64,000 nt of DNA from Candidatus Aenigmatarchaeota archaeon (GTDB taxonomy: Archaea > Aenigmatarchaeota > Aenigmatarchaeia > GW2011-AR5). This document shows positions 28,556 through 37,397 of the stretch, piece after piece. The stretch is taken from assembly GCA_016187335.1 (NCBI GenBank), contig JACPJW010000001.1:320001-384000 (forward strand), written 5' to 3'. The position numbers were made by a program, and so were the translations under genes. Positions within the stretch are counted from its first letter, which is position 1, and every line of letters begins with the position of its first letter. The notes under the pieces were generated by a model. That model was given only the letters and a program-made list of their open reading frames with translations. It was not told where the DNA came from and made no database searches.

Positions 28556-29731
28556 ATGTTCGCTGAGATGCTGTTTTTCGCTGCTGCCGGCATATTCTTC
28601 GGTGTTGTTTTTGGCCTTGTTCCGGGGCTGCACCCGAACACGATAATACTTTTCACTCCCGTCATCGTTTCTGTTATAAGCAATCCTTTGTACGCCGTTG
28701 CGTTTCTGGTTTCCATGGGGATTTCCAACGTGATTATAGATTTCATTCCGTCAATAATTCTCGGTGCTCCTGACGCCGAGAAGGAGCTCGCCGTCCTGCC
28801 CGGCCACTCTTTCCTTCTTCAGGGGCGCGGATATGGAGCTGTGAAGCTTTGCGTCACCGGCGCCGTGCTGTCCATGATTTTATGCGTTGCTCTGCTGCCT
28901 CTCATCGTTCTTGCCGTGCCGCTTCTTTACGCCTTGATAAAGGAATACGTCTGGCTGATTCTTGTGTTCGCCGTGTCCTTTATCATATTGAGCGGCGACA
29001 AGATGCTTCTGTCGCTGGCGTGCTTTGTTTTTTCCGGGCTCATCGGCGTTTTCGTTTTCAGGCTGCCGATTAATCCTGTTATGGTCTTGTTTCCGGTTCT
29101 CTCCGGCCTTTTCGGCGTGAGCATGATTTTCTTTTCTTCCGGGCAGAAAATCCCTGGACAGCGCATGTCTGACATAGAAATATCTTCAAGAGCGAGGAAC
29201 CGCTCGGCGGTTGCGGGAACGCTGGGCGGCATAGTTTCCGGTTTCCTGCCCGGCCTGGGTTCCAGCCAGGTGGCATCTTTCATGAGCGTTGACAAAAGCA
29301 AAGAGTCGTTCCTTGTTTCAATGGGCGCCATATCCCTTTCAAACCTGTTTCTTTCGTTGATTTCGCTGTGGCTTATTGAAAAGTCAAGAAGCGGCGTTGC
29401 CGTGGCTATCAGCTATGTTTCGCCCGTCGGATTCAAGGAATTCCTTCTGATAGTCTCTGTTTCGTTGCTTTCTTTAGGTGTTTCCTGCATTCTTGCATTG
29501 TTCATCGCGGGTAAATTTTCATTGCTGGTCGGAAAAATAGATTACCGTGTCATGAGCATGGCAGTCGCTGTTCTGATTGTTTTCATGAGCTTTGTTTTCA
29601 CCGGCTTTTACGGGCTCTTTGTTCTTTTCGTGTGCACGTCCCTGGGGATTTTTGCAAATGCCGCAGGCGTCAGGAGAGGGCTTCTTATGGGCGTCCTCAT
29701 AGTGCCCACGATTTTGTATTTCATTTACTAA
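28556..29731 (+). CDS. TctA/DUF112 tripartite tricarboxylate transporter-like permease
   Basis: GLVPGLHPN, FIPSIILGAPD, LPGH, GFLPGLG. Confidence 0.85.
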   Translation: MFAEMLFFAAAGIFFGVVFGLVPGLHPNTIILFTPVIVSVISNPLYAVAFLVSMGISNVIIDFIPSIILGAPDAEKELAVLPGHSFLLQGRGYGAVKLCVTGAVLSMILCVALLPLIVLAVPLLYALIKEYVWLILVFAVSFIILSGDKMLLSLACFVFSGLIGVFVFRLPINPVMVLFPVLSGLFGVSMIFFSSGQKIPGQRMSDIEISSRARNRSAVAGTLGGIVSGFLPGLGSSQVASFMSVDKSKESFLVSMGAISLSNLFLSLISLWLIEKSRSGVAVAISYVSPVGFKEFLLIVSVSLLSLGVSCILALFIAGKFSLLVGKIDYRVMSMAVAVLIVFMSFVFTGFYGLFVLFVCTSLGIFANAAGVRRGLLMGVLIVPTILYFIY

Positions 29732-29785
29732 TCGGCGTTTGCAAAAGTATATATATTCCGGCGTGAAATTAATTACTGTGATGAA

Positions 29786-29989
29786 ATGGCTAACAGGCAT
29801 ATAAAAATAATAAACGGCCGGAGATATTATTACGAGTCCATCAGGAAGGGCAAGAAGGTATTAAGCAAGTATCTTGGTCCTGTCGACGAAAGAAAAAGAA
29901 AGCCCAAGATGCAGCCTGCTGAGCAGCAGCCCGCAACGCAGGTGGAACAGCAGTCGGAGCAGGCGCCCGAAGAAACCTACATCGGCTAG
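29786..29989 (+). CDS. Small basic protein, SSV-integrase N-terminal (ORF D-335-like) domain
   Basis: IKIINGRRYYY..RKGKKVLSKYLGP pattern plus a Q/E-rich tail. Confidence 0.55.
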   Translation: MANRHIKIINGRRYYYESIRKGKKVLSKYLGPVDERKRKPKMQPAEQQPATQVEQQSEQAPEETYIG

Positions 29990-30059
29990 TGCATCAACTG
30001 GTTCTTCAGAATAAAGAAAGCATAATTAAGTTAGAAAAAAAATGCCGGGACATTTTCCT

Positions 30060-30236
30060 TCAGATGTCCCTGCCCTTGATGGTTGTCCTTCTGTTCGCCT
30101 TTGCCCTTTCGGATGCGCGTTCCACGAGCCTGTGAACTTCCTTGCTCAAAGCCTCGGTAGCGTCCCCACCAAGATTCATCTTTTTCTTCTTGGCAAGCTC
30201 CCTTACCTTGCTCCTTACGACAAGCATGTCTGCCAT
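30060..30236 (-). CDS. Minimal histone-fold protein (58 aa, truncated alpha3; face-to-face/DUF1931-like), absent from the ORF track
   Basis: Manual translation MADMLVVRSKVRELAKKKKMNLGGDATEALSKEVHRLVERASERAKANRRTTIKGRDI; AGGTGA RBS upstream. Confidence 0.88.
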   Translation of the reverse strand: MADMLVVRSKVRELAKKKKMNLGGDATEALSKEVHRLVERASERAKANRRTTIKGRDI

Positions 30237-30298
30237 TCATATCACCTGATTTATTTTTGTAACGAGGCTTTTTAACATTTACGTGCGTATAAGTATCG

Positions 30299-30697
30299 AT
30301 GGTTTATTTCGTAAGGGGCGTTTATTCCTTCCGTGGGGATGAAAATCCATACAGCGGAATTTTCACGATAGAAAAAAACCTGATTATTGGCTGGATTCTG
30401 GACTATACTTCACAATCCCCTCTTCATAGGGTTAAAGGGAAAGTAACGCATTCGGATGGTAAAATTAGTCTGAAGTTTGTAAAGCGGCCCGAATCTTCAT
30501 TGCTTATTCCTATCATTTACAATTTAGAAAAGCCTGCCGAAGGCGGAATACCAGGCAGATACGAGGGTCTTTGGAAGCATCAAGAGCCGGGAATTGAACT
30601 GGATATTGGATACGAACGCGGGATTGGAGAAATTGCAACTATTTCGAGAGTAGAAAGTACAAATAAAACGCGCCTTGTTCTGGATTCAAAAATTTAA
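30299..30697 (+). CDS. Hypothetical protein (ORFan-like)
   Basis: 132-aa ORF filling the intergenic space; no recognisable motif. Confidence 0.6.
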   Translation: MVYFVRGVYSFRGDENPYSGIFTIEKNLIIGWILDYTSQSPLHRVKGKVTHSDGKISLKFVKRPESSLLIPIIYNLEKPAEGGIPGRYEGLWKHQEPGIELDIGYERGIGEIATISRVESTNKTRLVLDSKI

Positions 30698-30725
30698 TTT
30701 TCTAGACCTCTGAGAAGGTCTGTCG

Positions 30726-30753
30726 TTTTGATTAAACTTTTCTGAAAAGTTTA
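30726..30753 (+). repeat. 28-bp dispersed palindromic element, copy 1
   Basis: TTTTGAT-TAAACTTTT-CTG-AAAAGTTTA; overlaps the polB stop codon. Confidence 0.85.
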
Positions 30754-33700
30754 CTTCATCACAACTCTGTCGCCGGAACTGCCGTGGTACGTTATCTGCA
30801 GTTCTCCGCCGCACTCGCAGCTGCCTGACAAAGGCGGCCTTGAAAAGGATTTGGAGCATTTCTTGCACTCAAACCCTTCGTATCCTTCCAGCGTCTGGTT
30901 ATAATCAACGCTTATCTCGTGCTTCATCTTTCTCTTGTTTCCGTTCATGAGGTCGCCCAGGCTTATCTGCCTGCCTAATCCAAGCACCTCGCTTTTGTCT
31001 ATCCCTAACGACATGAAAATCCTTTCCACAGGAGGGAAAACCTGGCTGTTGATGTAGTAGTCCGAATCTATGTGCAGGCTGTTTGTCCTGGTGTATTCCG
31101 GATCCTCTGCTCTTTTCGAAAGCATCTGGTTTCCGCGGATAATGACGAAGCCGAGCCTGTCGCCTATTTTCGGCGGGCTGTGGGGGTTGCGCGCCTTCAG
31201 TTTCTTGGCCAGTTCGATGTGGGGAAGCATGCCTTCATAGGAGTCTATGCTTTTTGTGACTCCCTTGACTATCGTCAGCTTCTCCAGCGGCACCCTGTTG
31301 CTGCGGAGGTCTTCAATGACAGCCCTTACTTTTTCTATCGCCTTCTGAAGGTCGCCCTCTTTTAAGATGGTTTCAATCACGTTTTCCATGATTTCTGGAA
31401 CCAGCAGGCACCAGTCACGTCTCACCGTCTCGATTCCCTTCATCTCTATGTTGTCAACCCATCCGCTGTCCGTCATCTCGAACTTCCATCCTGCATACCG
31501 CTTTTTTGACAGGATGAGGAATGTCCTGTATATTTTCTCGAACTGCAGCTCCAGATGGCCTGGCAGGTTCTTTGTAACGTGCTCGGCGATTTTATCGCCT
31601 AGGTTCTTCGCTTCGTCCAGTTTTTTTATTTTTGTTTTCAAAAAGATGCTGTCGGTGTCGCCGTAAACGACCTCAACGTCAAAATTTTTTTCTATGAGGT
31701 CCTTTGTTTTCATTATGTTCTCGCGGCCGTAGGCTGTTATAGCGTTAGCGACTTCGATGATGTAAAGCCGCGCCCGTATGTATCCGGTGTAGCCGTAGAA
31801 CGAGTTATGCAGCACAATCCCCTGTGCTGTAACAAACATCTCTGTATCGCGCACCGACAAATCATACACATAATCGGAAGAGGCGTAGCGTGATATTTCA
31901 GGTCTTTGGCCAAAGAGGTCGCCGGATATTATCTTATGTCCATGGGAGGTCTTTCTTCTTGATATGCGGTATAGCCCGTCGAAAGAGTTATGCTGCACGC
32001 CTCCTGTTTCTTTAAGCATGAGATTTAATTGCGCCGCCAGTTTTTTGCTGACCGTATTCATGCGGTGTGTTCCTGTGTTGCCGTCGCCGCTGTAATACCC
32101 GAGCATGAAAGCTGCCCGAATTCTGCTATTCGAGTTGAGTATAAAGTCCGGCACCTGTTTCGTATAAGAACCTGAACCGCATACGTGCCTGAAAAACAAA
32201 TAAGCCAGCCTTGTGCCGATAGTGACATCCTTGTTGAATAAGCGTGCGTCATAGCCGAAACATTTTTTAATCAGGTGTTGAATGTGTGATGTATTCTGCC
32301 TGCTTTTATTGGCTATAGTCGTCCTGAACGAGTTGTTTCTCTTATATGTGCTTCCTTCTGCGACAAACCATCCAAGCAGTTCGGCGAGGTCTTCTGTCAC
32401 TTGTATGTTAACAGGAATTTTTCTCCGTCCTTGGCGAGGCCCTCCTACTGCAATAAACGACTTCTCCGCTACGAATCTTGGCAGCCGGTGCACGGCTGTA
32501 ATGGGGATTGTGTAGTAATTCGGCTCCTCCTGTGCGGCTATGAAATCTTCATAAAAGCCTGCGAGTATTCTCCCGTCCTCGGTTGGCTCATAAACCGGCA
32601 CAAGCCCGCAGTTGCCAACTGTCGTCAGGCCTGTCCTGTTGATAAGGATGCCCTCTGAACTTCTTAGTATGCGCCTCTCGACTGTTTTCTGCAGCGTTGC
32701 GGAATCAGCAGACTCGCTTAGCGCGGAAAGCATTTTCACCCTGTTTTCAATCCATTTTTTCTTGTTAAGTTGTAAATTCTTGGGAATGTACAGGTAAATA
32801 TCTGCTGTCTCTTCTGCAGGCAGTGACTTCAAAAATTCCAGCCAGTTGAATGCTGCTTCTTTTTCCGGCAGCCTTATGCTCTTGACTTGGGCAATGATAT
32901 CTTTTTCGGAGACGTCCTTGCCCCCTTTCTGGATAAGCCGCTTGAACATGCTTTCTCTCTGGCGGTTGGAGCTTTTCCCTTCCATGACCATGATGCTGTG
33001 ATCATCCGTTATCATTACCTCGCCCATTGGGGTCCTGATTTTTGTTAAATCTCCCTTGCTTTTGTGCCGTGATATTGCATATATCGGCTTGAAGCACGAC
33101 TTATTTCCGTCAACACTTAATGTTTTCCATCCCTCCAGCTCTATAACTTCCGTATTGCCAAGGTCTATAACAGCATGATTTTCTGAAAGCTCGTTGAAAA
33201 GTTCTTCTACTTCGCATACGCGCAGATTGCCTGATGGCTCCTTCACAACTATGTCGGTGCCTGCATGAACGCTGTTCGACATGTCCTTTATCGCGAGCTG
33301 CTTGGCGTTAAGAATTCTTTTCTCTTCCCCTTTCGCCTGTTTCATTTTCCTCTTCGTCGCCGCCCTTGTTTCCATGAGTTTCGTCAGCAGCATCGGCATT
33401 ATTCCCTCCCTTGCAGCATGATATACGAACTCCGCGCCGTTCGGGGCCCTTATCGTTTTCATTCCTTCTGTTTTTTTCATGAGCAATGTATCCGGCGATA
33501 CGTTGAACGTTCTCATTACGGAAGGATAAAGCGACTTGAAGTCCAGCACGAGCACGCATCCTTCCGAGTGCAGTCCTCTTCCCGGCTCAAGGACGGTGGC
33601 TCCTTTTATTCCTTCCTTGTCGCGGCTTTTCCCCCTCTTGTTGAGCTCTTTCTGTGACGGCTTGGGCGGCATGACGTAGTTGCGCTCCCTCATTTCATGC

Positions 33701-34899
33701 ATGATCATCGTCTCTACCCGCATTGACTGCCCGCCGAAGCAGTCCTGCAAAAGCAAGCCGGAAATTTTAGCCAGCTCGACAAACTTGTCGAGCATCCCTT
33801 TTTCTAGAACCAGCCGGAGCGACAGCAGCGCGTCCTTTTTGGAATATTCAATGAACCTGCTCAGCTGCTCCCTGTTTCCGTTCCAGAGTTCCGGCATTTC
33901 GCCGTATTTCACGTCAAGTTTTTCCTCGTTCAGAAGCGCCTTGGCTATCGTATCCAGGTTGTATCTGTGGAATTTCACCCACGGGTCCCTGCGGAGTATC
34001 TGGTAAGGGTCGAGGACAATCCTGCCCGGAACGTGGGTTTCCTGTGACATCCCCACTTGCCTTGAGAAGGCTTGCTTGTCTTTGACCCTGCCTATCGTCG
34101 CGCTCAGCCCGAGTTTTTTCATCCTGTCAAGAAGGTACGGTATGTCAAAGGAATTGATGTTGTATCCTGTTATCACGTCAGGGTCGAACTCGTCTATTAT
34201 TTTCATGAACCCCTCTATCATTTCATTCTCATTTACAAACCCCGCGGCGCCTTCTTCGGTGACCGGCTTCGCGACAAGGACGAGGGTTTTCCTGCCTTTG
34301 TATTCCGGTTCAAAGGCGAGCGATATCATTACTATGGGATCCTTCTTCGCGTCCAGGGGCTTTGTCGTGTCCGTAGGCACGCATTCAATGTCAAATGCCA
34401 TGAAGCGCAGTTTTGCGTTTTCGTCTTTCTGGAATTCCTTTACGCTGTCCGCGAAATATGTCAGTGTTTTTACGGTTCCTGAAGCCGTCTTTTCCCCGTC
34501 AGCCTCGACCCATGACATTCCGTGGATTTTCTTGTCAATAAGAAACCTGTATTTGAACATTATGTCTGCTTCGTAGCATTCTTCTGCTATGCCGTCCGCG
34601 ACAAGCCTTTCCCGGAGCATCGGAACGTCCTGGGGGTTGTACGCGATTATTTTCAGCAGCTTTGTCGCGGCCTCGCTGTAGCCGAGGGGGATGGATTTCT
34701 CTGTCCACTCGACCTGCTTTATCTCTTTTATGTCTTTTATTTTATGCAGCTGCTCCTCGTTTACCTTTATGTAGAAATAGGGGCTGTGCCTGTCGTAAAG
34801 GGCGCATACTGAATTGCCTTTGTCCGTCCTCCCGAACATCCTTACTATCGGCCTGTTCCCGGAGAATATGTAGTCTACGTCTAGCAGCTGGAAAAGCAT
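30751..34899 (-). CDS. polB: Family B DNA polymerase (Pol delta-like) with intein and C-terminal Zn finger
   Basis: Exo FDIEC, YNINSFD; motif A DFKSLYPS; motif B KxxxN|SFYG; YGDTDS; KRYAG; C-terminal CKKC..RPPLSGSCECGG. Start at MLFQ with a GGGTGGGG RBS. Confidence 0.95.
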   Translation of the reverse strand: MLFQLLDVDYIFSGNRPIVRMFGRTDKGNSVCALYDRHSPYFYIKVNEEQLHKIKDIKEIKQVEWTEKSIPLGYSEAATKLLKIIAYNPQDVPMLRERLVADGIAEECYEADIMFKYRFLIDKKIHGMSWVEADGEKTASGTVKTLTYFADSVKEFQKDENAKLRFMAFDIECVPTDTTKPLDAKKDPIVMISLAFEPEYKGRKTLVLVAKPVTEEGAAGFVNENEMIEGFMKIIDEFDPDVITGYNINSFDIPYLLDRMKKLGLSATIGRVKDKQAFSRQVGMSQETHVPGRIVLDPYQILRRDPWVKFHRYNLDTIAKALLNEEKLDVKYGEMPELWNGNREQLSRFIEYSKKDALLSLRLVLEKGMLDKFVELAKISGLLLQDCFGGQSMRVETMIMHEMRERNYVMPPKPSQKELNKRGKSRDKEGIKGATVLEPGRGLHSEGCVLVLDFKSLYPSVMRTFNVSPDTLLMKKTEGMKTIRAPNGAEFVYHAAREGIMPMLLTKLMETRAATKRKMKQAKGEEKRILNAKQLAIKDMSNSVHAGTDIVVKEPSGNLRVCEVEELFNELSENHAVIDLGNTEVIELEGWKTLSVDGNKSCFKPIYAISRHKSKGDLTKIRTPMGEVMITDDHSIMVMEGKSSNRQRESMFKRLIQKGGKDVSEKDIIAQVKSIRLPEKEAAFNWLEFLKSLPAEETADIYLYIPKNLQLNKKKWIENRVKMLSALSESADSATLQKTVERRILRSSEGILINRTGLTTVGNCGLVPVYEPTEDGRILAGFYEDFIAAQEEPNYYTIPITAVHRLPRFVAEKSFIAVGGPRQGRRKIPVNIQVTEDLAELLGWFVAEGSTYKRNNSFRTTIANKSRQNTSHIQHLIKKCFGYDARLFNKDVTIGTRLAYLFFRHVCGSGSYTKQVPDFILNSNSRIRAAFMLGYYSGDGNTGTHRMNTVSKKLAAQLNLMLKETGGVQHNSFDGLYRISRRKTSHGHKIISGDLFGQRPEISRYASSDYVYDLSVRDTEMFVTAQGIVLHNSFYGYTGYIRARLYIIEVANAITAYGRENIMKTKDLIEKNFDVEVVYGDTDSIFLKTKIKKLDEAKNLGDKIAEHVTKNLPGHLELQFEKIYRTFLILSKKRYAGWKFEMTDSGWVDNIEMKGIETVRRDWCLLVPEIMENVIETILKEGDLQKAIEKVRAVIEDLRSNRVPLEKLTIVKGVTKSIDSYEGMLPHIELAKKLKARNPHSPPKIGDRLGFVIIRGNQMLSKRAEDPEYTRTNSLHIDSDYYINSQVFPPVERIFMSLGIDKSEVLGLGRQISLGDLMNGNKRKMKHEISVDYNQTLEGYEGFECKKCSKSFSRPPLSGSCECGGELQITYHGSSGDRVVMK
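31804..33273 (-). mobile_element. Intein (490 aa) with LAGLIDADG homing endonuclease in PolB motif B
   Basis: N|SVHAGTD start, TDDH block B, LLGWFVAEGS and LGYYSGDG, YVYDLSV..VLHN|S end. Confidence 0.93.
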
Positions 34900-35013
34900 G
34901 AACCCCACCCATGAAAAATACAAAGTCTTCTTTCCTGGCCTTATTTTTTTCAGCTAAAGTATTAGTTGCAGGATATTTATTTGTTGTTGAACATAAAATA
35001 GTTGCTTCTCGCC

Positions 35014-36102
35014 TTATCCGATGGTTGCCTGCTGGAATTCCCTTGTTGAAAAGTCAACGACCACGGGCAGGAACCTCGTCAGCAGGGACCCGGAACTGAG
35101 TATTGTAACCGACTTGTAATTGCTGACGTGCGGCTCGTGTGTGTGGCCGTAATGGACTATGTCAGGGATTTCTTCAAGAACAAGGCTGTCTTCCTTCATC
35201 GATATTTTCGGCTTTCCCAGATGCCTTTTTTTCAGCATCGACAGGCTGTACTTGTGCAAAAGGAGTATTTTTATGCCGTTTATCTCTATCATCGCCGGGT
35301 TCGACAGCGATATTATGTTCCTGTTTCTGTACTTTACCGGCGCCGCAGGGTAATTCTTCGACTCCATCTCGCCGGGTATTGCGATGACCGTCTTGTTGTA
35401 GCAGTGAGTTTCCACGGCTTTCTCAAAGGCCTCTTTGTCGCCTATGTCTCCTGCAACAAACAGGTATTCTATGCCCTGCTGCCCGAACCATTTCATGAAT
35501 TTTTCAAAGTCCGACAGCGGCGCCTCTTCCAGGTGAAGGTCGCTGACGAAGCACGCCCTTCCGCTGCCTTTCGCCGGCTGCCTGAGCGGCATGTCCGGGT
35601 AGAATACCTGCTTCCCGTAAATTACCTTTCCTGCCGATATGCCCTTGATTGCCACGACATCGTCCTGCTCCAGGTCGCCGACATCCTCGAAAATAACCGG
35701 CATTGTGGACGTCATGTCCTCCAGCTCCACGAGGAATTTTTCTTCCTCCTGCCTGATTTCCTTGACTATGCCTATTACAAAAACTTCCTTCCTGCTGTTG
35801 TCCACCTTGTTCAGGGACGTGAAGTCCCTGCCTATTCTGCTCAGGATTATTTCCTGCATTTTCCTGTACTTGTCCCTGTAAAAGGCGATAAAATCCTCCG
35901 TGGTTATCTCCTTGGGCAGCGAAGTTATGTTTTTGATTACCCTGAGAGCCGGCTGGACAAACTCCTTTTCTGTTATTATGATCCCCGGATAATTTTTCTC
36001 CAGGAACTCCGCTATGTCCTTGTCTTCAAGGAACTGCAGGGCCGTCGGGCTGAGCAGCTTGCCTTTTTTAAGAAATTCGTGGATTATTTTTTCCTTCGAC
36101 AT
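35014..36102 (-). CDS. DNA polymerase small subunit (DP1/B-subunit-like): N-terminal helical domain + OB fold + degenerate phosphoesterase
   Basis: EFLKKGKLLSP, VIGIVKEI..LEDMT, SDLH, GDIGD and GHTH present; GNHD replaced by GEME. Confidence 0.85.
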   Translation of the reverse strand: MSKEKIIHEFLKKGKLLSPTALQFLEDKDIAEFLEKNYPGIIITEKEFVQPALRVIKNITSLPKEITTEDFIAFYRDKYRKMQEIILSRIGRDFTSLNKVDNSRKEVFVIGIVKEIRQEEEKFLVELEDMTSTMPVIFEDVGDLEQDDVVAIKGISAGKVIYGKQVFYPDMPLRQPAKGSGRACFVSDLHLEEAPLSDFEKFMKWFGQQGIEYLFVAGDIGDKEAFEKAVETHCYNKTVIAIPGEMESKNYPAAPVKYRNRNIISLSNPAMIEINGIKILLLHKYSLSMLKKRHLGKPKISMKEDSLVLEEIPDIVHYGHTHEPHVSNYKSVTILSSGSLLTRFLPVVVDFSTREFQQATIG

Positions 36103-36173
36103 ATATAGCACGCCTGCAAGCAATTGTTTGTTATGTATGCAGAACCTTTCGTTTTTCCGGGCTGTACGCTGTT

Positions 36174-37397
36174 TTAGTTTCCGAGTCTTTCAACAAGCAT
36201 ACTGTTAACCCTTTGGAGTATTGTGTCGTTTATGGCAAGGACTACTTCCCTTGTGCGGCCGTACCTGCCTTTCGAGATTACCTTCGCTGTTATCACGCCC
36301 AGCATGTCCAGTTCCCCGATGAGGTCGCTTACCCTGCGCTGCGTCAGCGTTTTCAGGTTGTTCCTGGCGCATACTTCCTTGTACATTTCGTATATGTCGC
36401 CTGTGAGCATCCTGGTGTCAGCCCACTTTTTCTGGCTGCCGTATTTCTCCTGCAGCTTTATTATTGAATACATCACCGCCTGCGACTGCTTTGGCTGTAG
36501 TTTAATTGTTTCTGTGACGCGGTCCATGTCTATTTTTTCTTCGGCGAGCTCTACGTGCTTGTAGGTTATCTGGCTGTCGCCCAGTCTTTCCGCAACCTCG
36601 CCGGCAACGCGCAGGAGGTCAATGGCCCTTCGTGCGTCTCCGTGCTCCTGGGCGGCCATGGCAGCGCACATGCTTATTATTTCCTCGCTTATTGTGTCCT
36701 CAATAACACCTTCGGAAACGCGCTGCGCCAGGATGTCCTTGAGCTGCAGGGCGTCGTATGGCTTGAATATAATCTCTTCGTCGCTCAGGGATGACTTGAT
36801 CCGTGCGTCAAGATTGTCCCTGAAAGAAAGGTCGTTAGTTATGCCCACAAGCGTTATCGTCGCGTTTTTCATCTCCCCGTTGACGCGCGTCAGGTTGTAT
36901 AGAAAATCGTCGCCTATTTTCTTGTAAAGGCTGTCTATCTCGTCAAGGACGAGGATGATTGTCTGCTTTTTTTCGTCAATTTTCTCGAAGAATCTGCGGT
37001 AAAGCAGGTGTGTCGGAAGGCCTGTTTCCGGAACGAATTCGCCTATTTCCTTGAGCAGCTGCGCCAGAAGGCGGTATTCCGTGTCGGATACTTTCTTCAT
37101 CTTGCAGTTGATATATACGGTCCTGATCCCCCTGCCTTTGCTTATTTCCTCCAGTTGCGACAGCACATACCTTATGGATATCGTCTTCCCGGTGCCGACA
37201 GTGCCGTAGATAAAAAGATTGCTGGGCTGGTATCCGCGAAGCGCCGGGGCAAGGATGTTTGATATTGACTTTATTTCCTCCTCTCTGTGGGGGATTTTGC
37301 TTGGCATAAAAGAAGACGTCAGTGCCTTTTTGTTTTTGAAAATGCTTTCCTTTTCGACAAAACGCAAGAATATGTTGTCTTTCTTAGTGACCTGCAC
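36174..37397 (-). CDS. cdc6: Orc1/Cdc6 replication initiator
   Basis: GTVGTGKT, LDEID, DARIKSSL, HGDARRAIDLLR, C-terminal wHTH (GRYGRTR). GTG start. Confidence 0.96.
   Translation of the reverse strand: MQVTKKDNIFLRFVEKESIFKNKKALTSSFMPSKIPHREEEIKSISNILAPALRGYQPSNLFIYGTVGTGKTISIRYVLSQLEEISKGRGIRTVYINCKMKKVSDTEYRLLAQLLKEIGEFVPETGLPTHLLYRRFFEKIDEKKQTIILVLDEIDSLYKKIGDDFLYNLTRVNGEMKNATITLVGITNDLSFRDNLDARIKSSLSDEEIIFKPYDALQLKDILAQRVSEGVIEDTISEEIISMCAAMAAQEHGDARRAIDLLRVAGEVAERLGDSQITYKHVELAEEKIDMDRVTETIKLQPKQSQAVMYSIIKLQEKYGSQKKWADTRMLTGDIYEMYKEVCARNNLKTLTQRRVSDLIGELDMLGVITAKVISKGRYGRTREVVLAINDTILQRVNSMLVERLGN

Noticed and set aside
30031-30240. ORF-track 69-aa protein MNGRHACRK
   Set aside because: Wrong frame of the histone gene; the RBS spacing and fold support the start at 30236.
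35128-36108. 326-aa plus-strand ORF
   Set aside because: Antisense shadow of the DP1-like gene; no motifs. The same applies to 6889..7569, 9277..9867, 10169..10831 and 5000..5581.
30751-37397. Claim that the genome lacks PolD DP2
   Set aside because: Absence from a 64-kb window says nothing about the rest of the genome.
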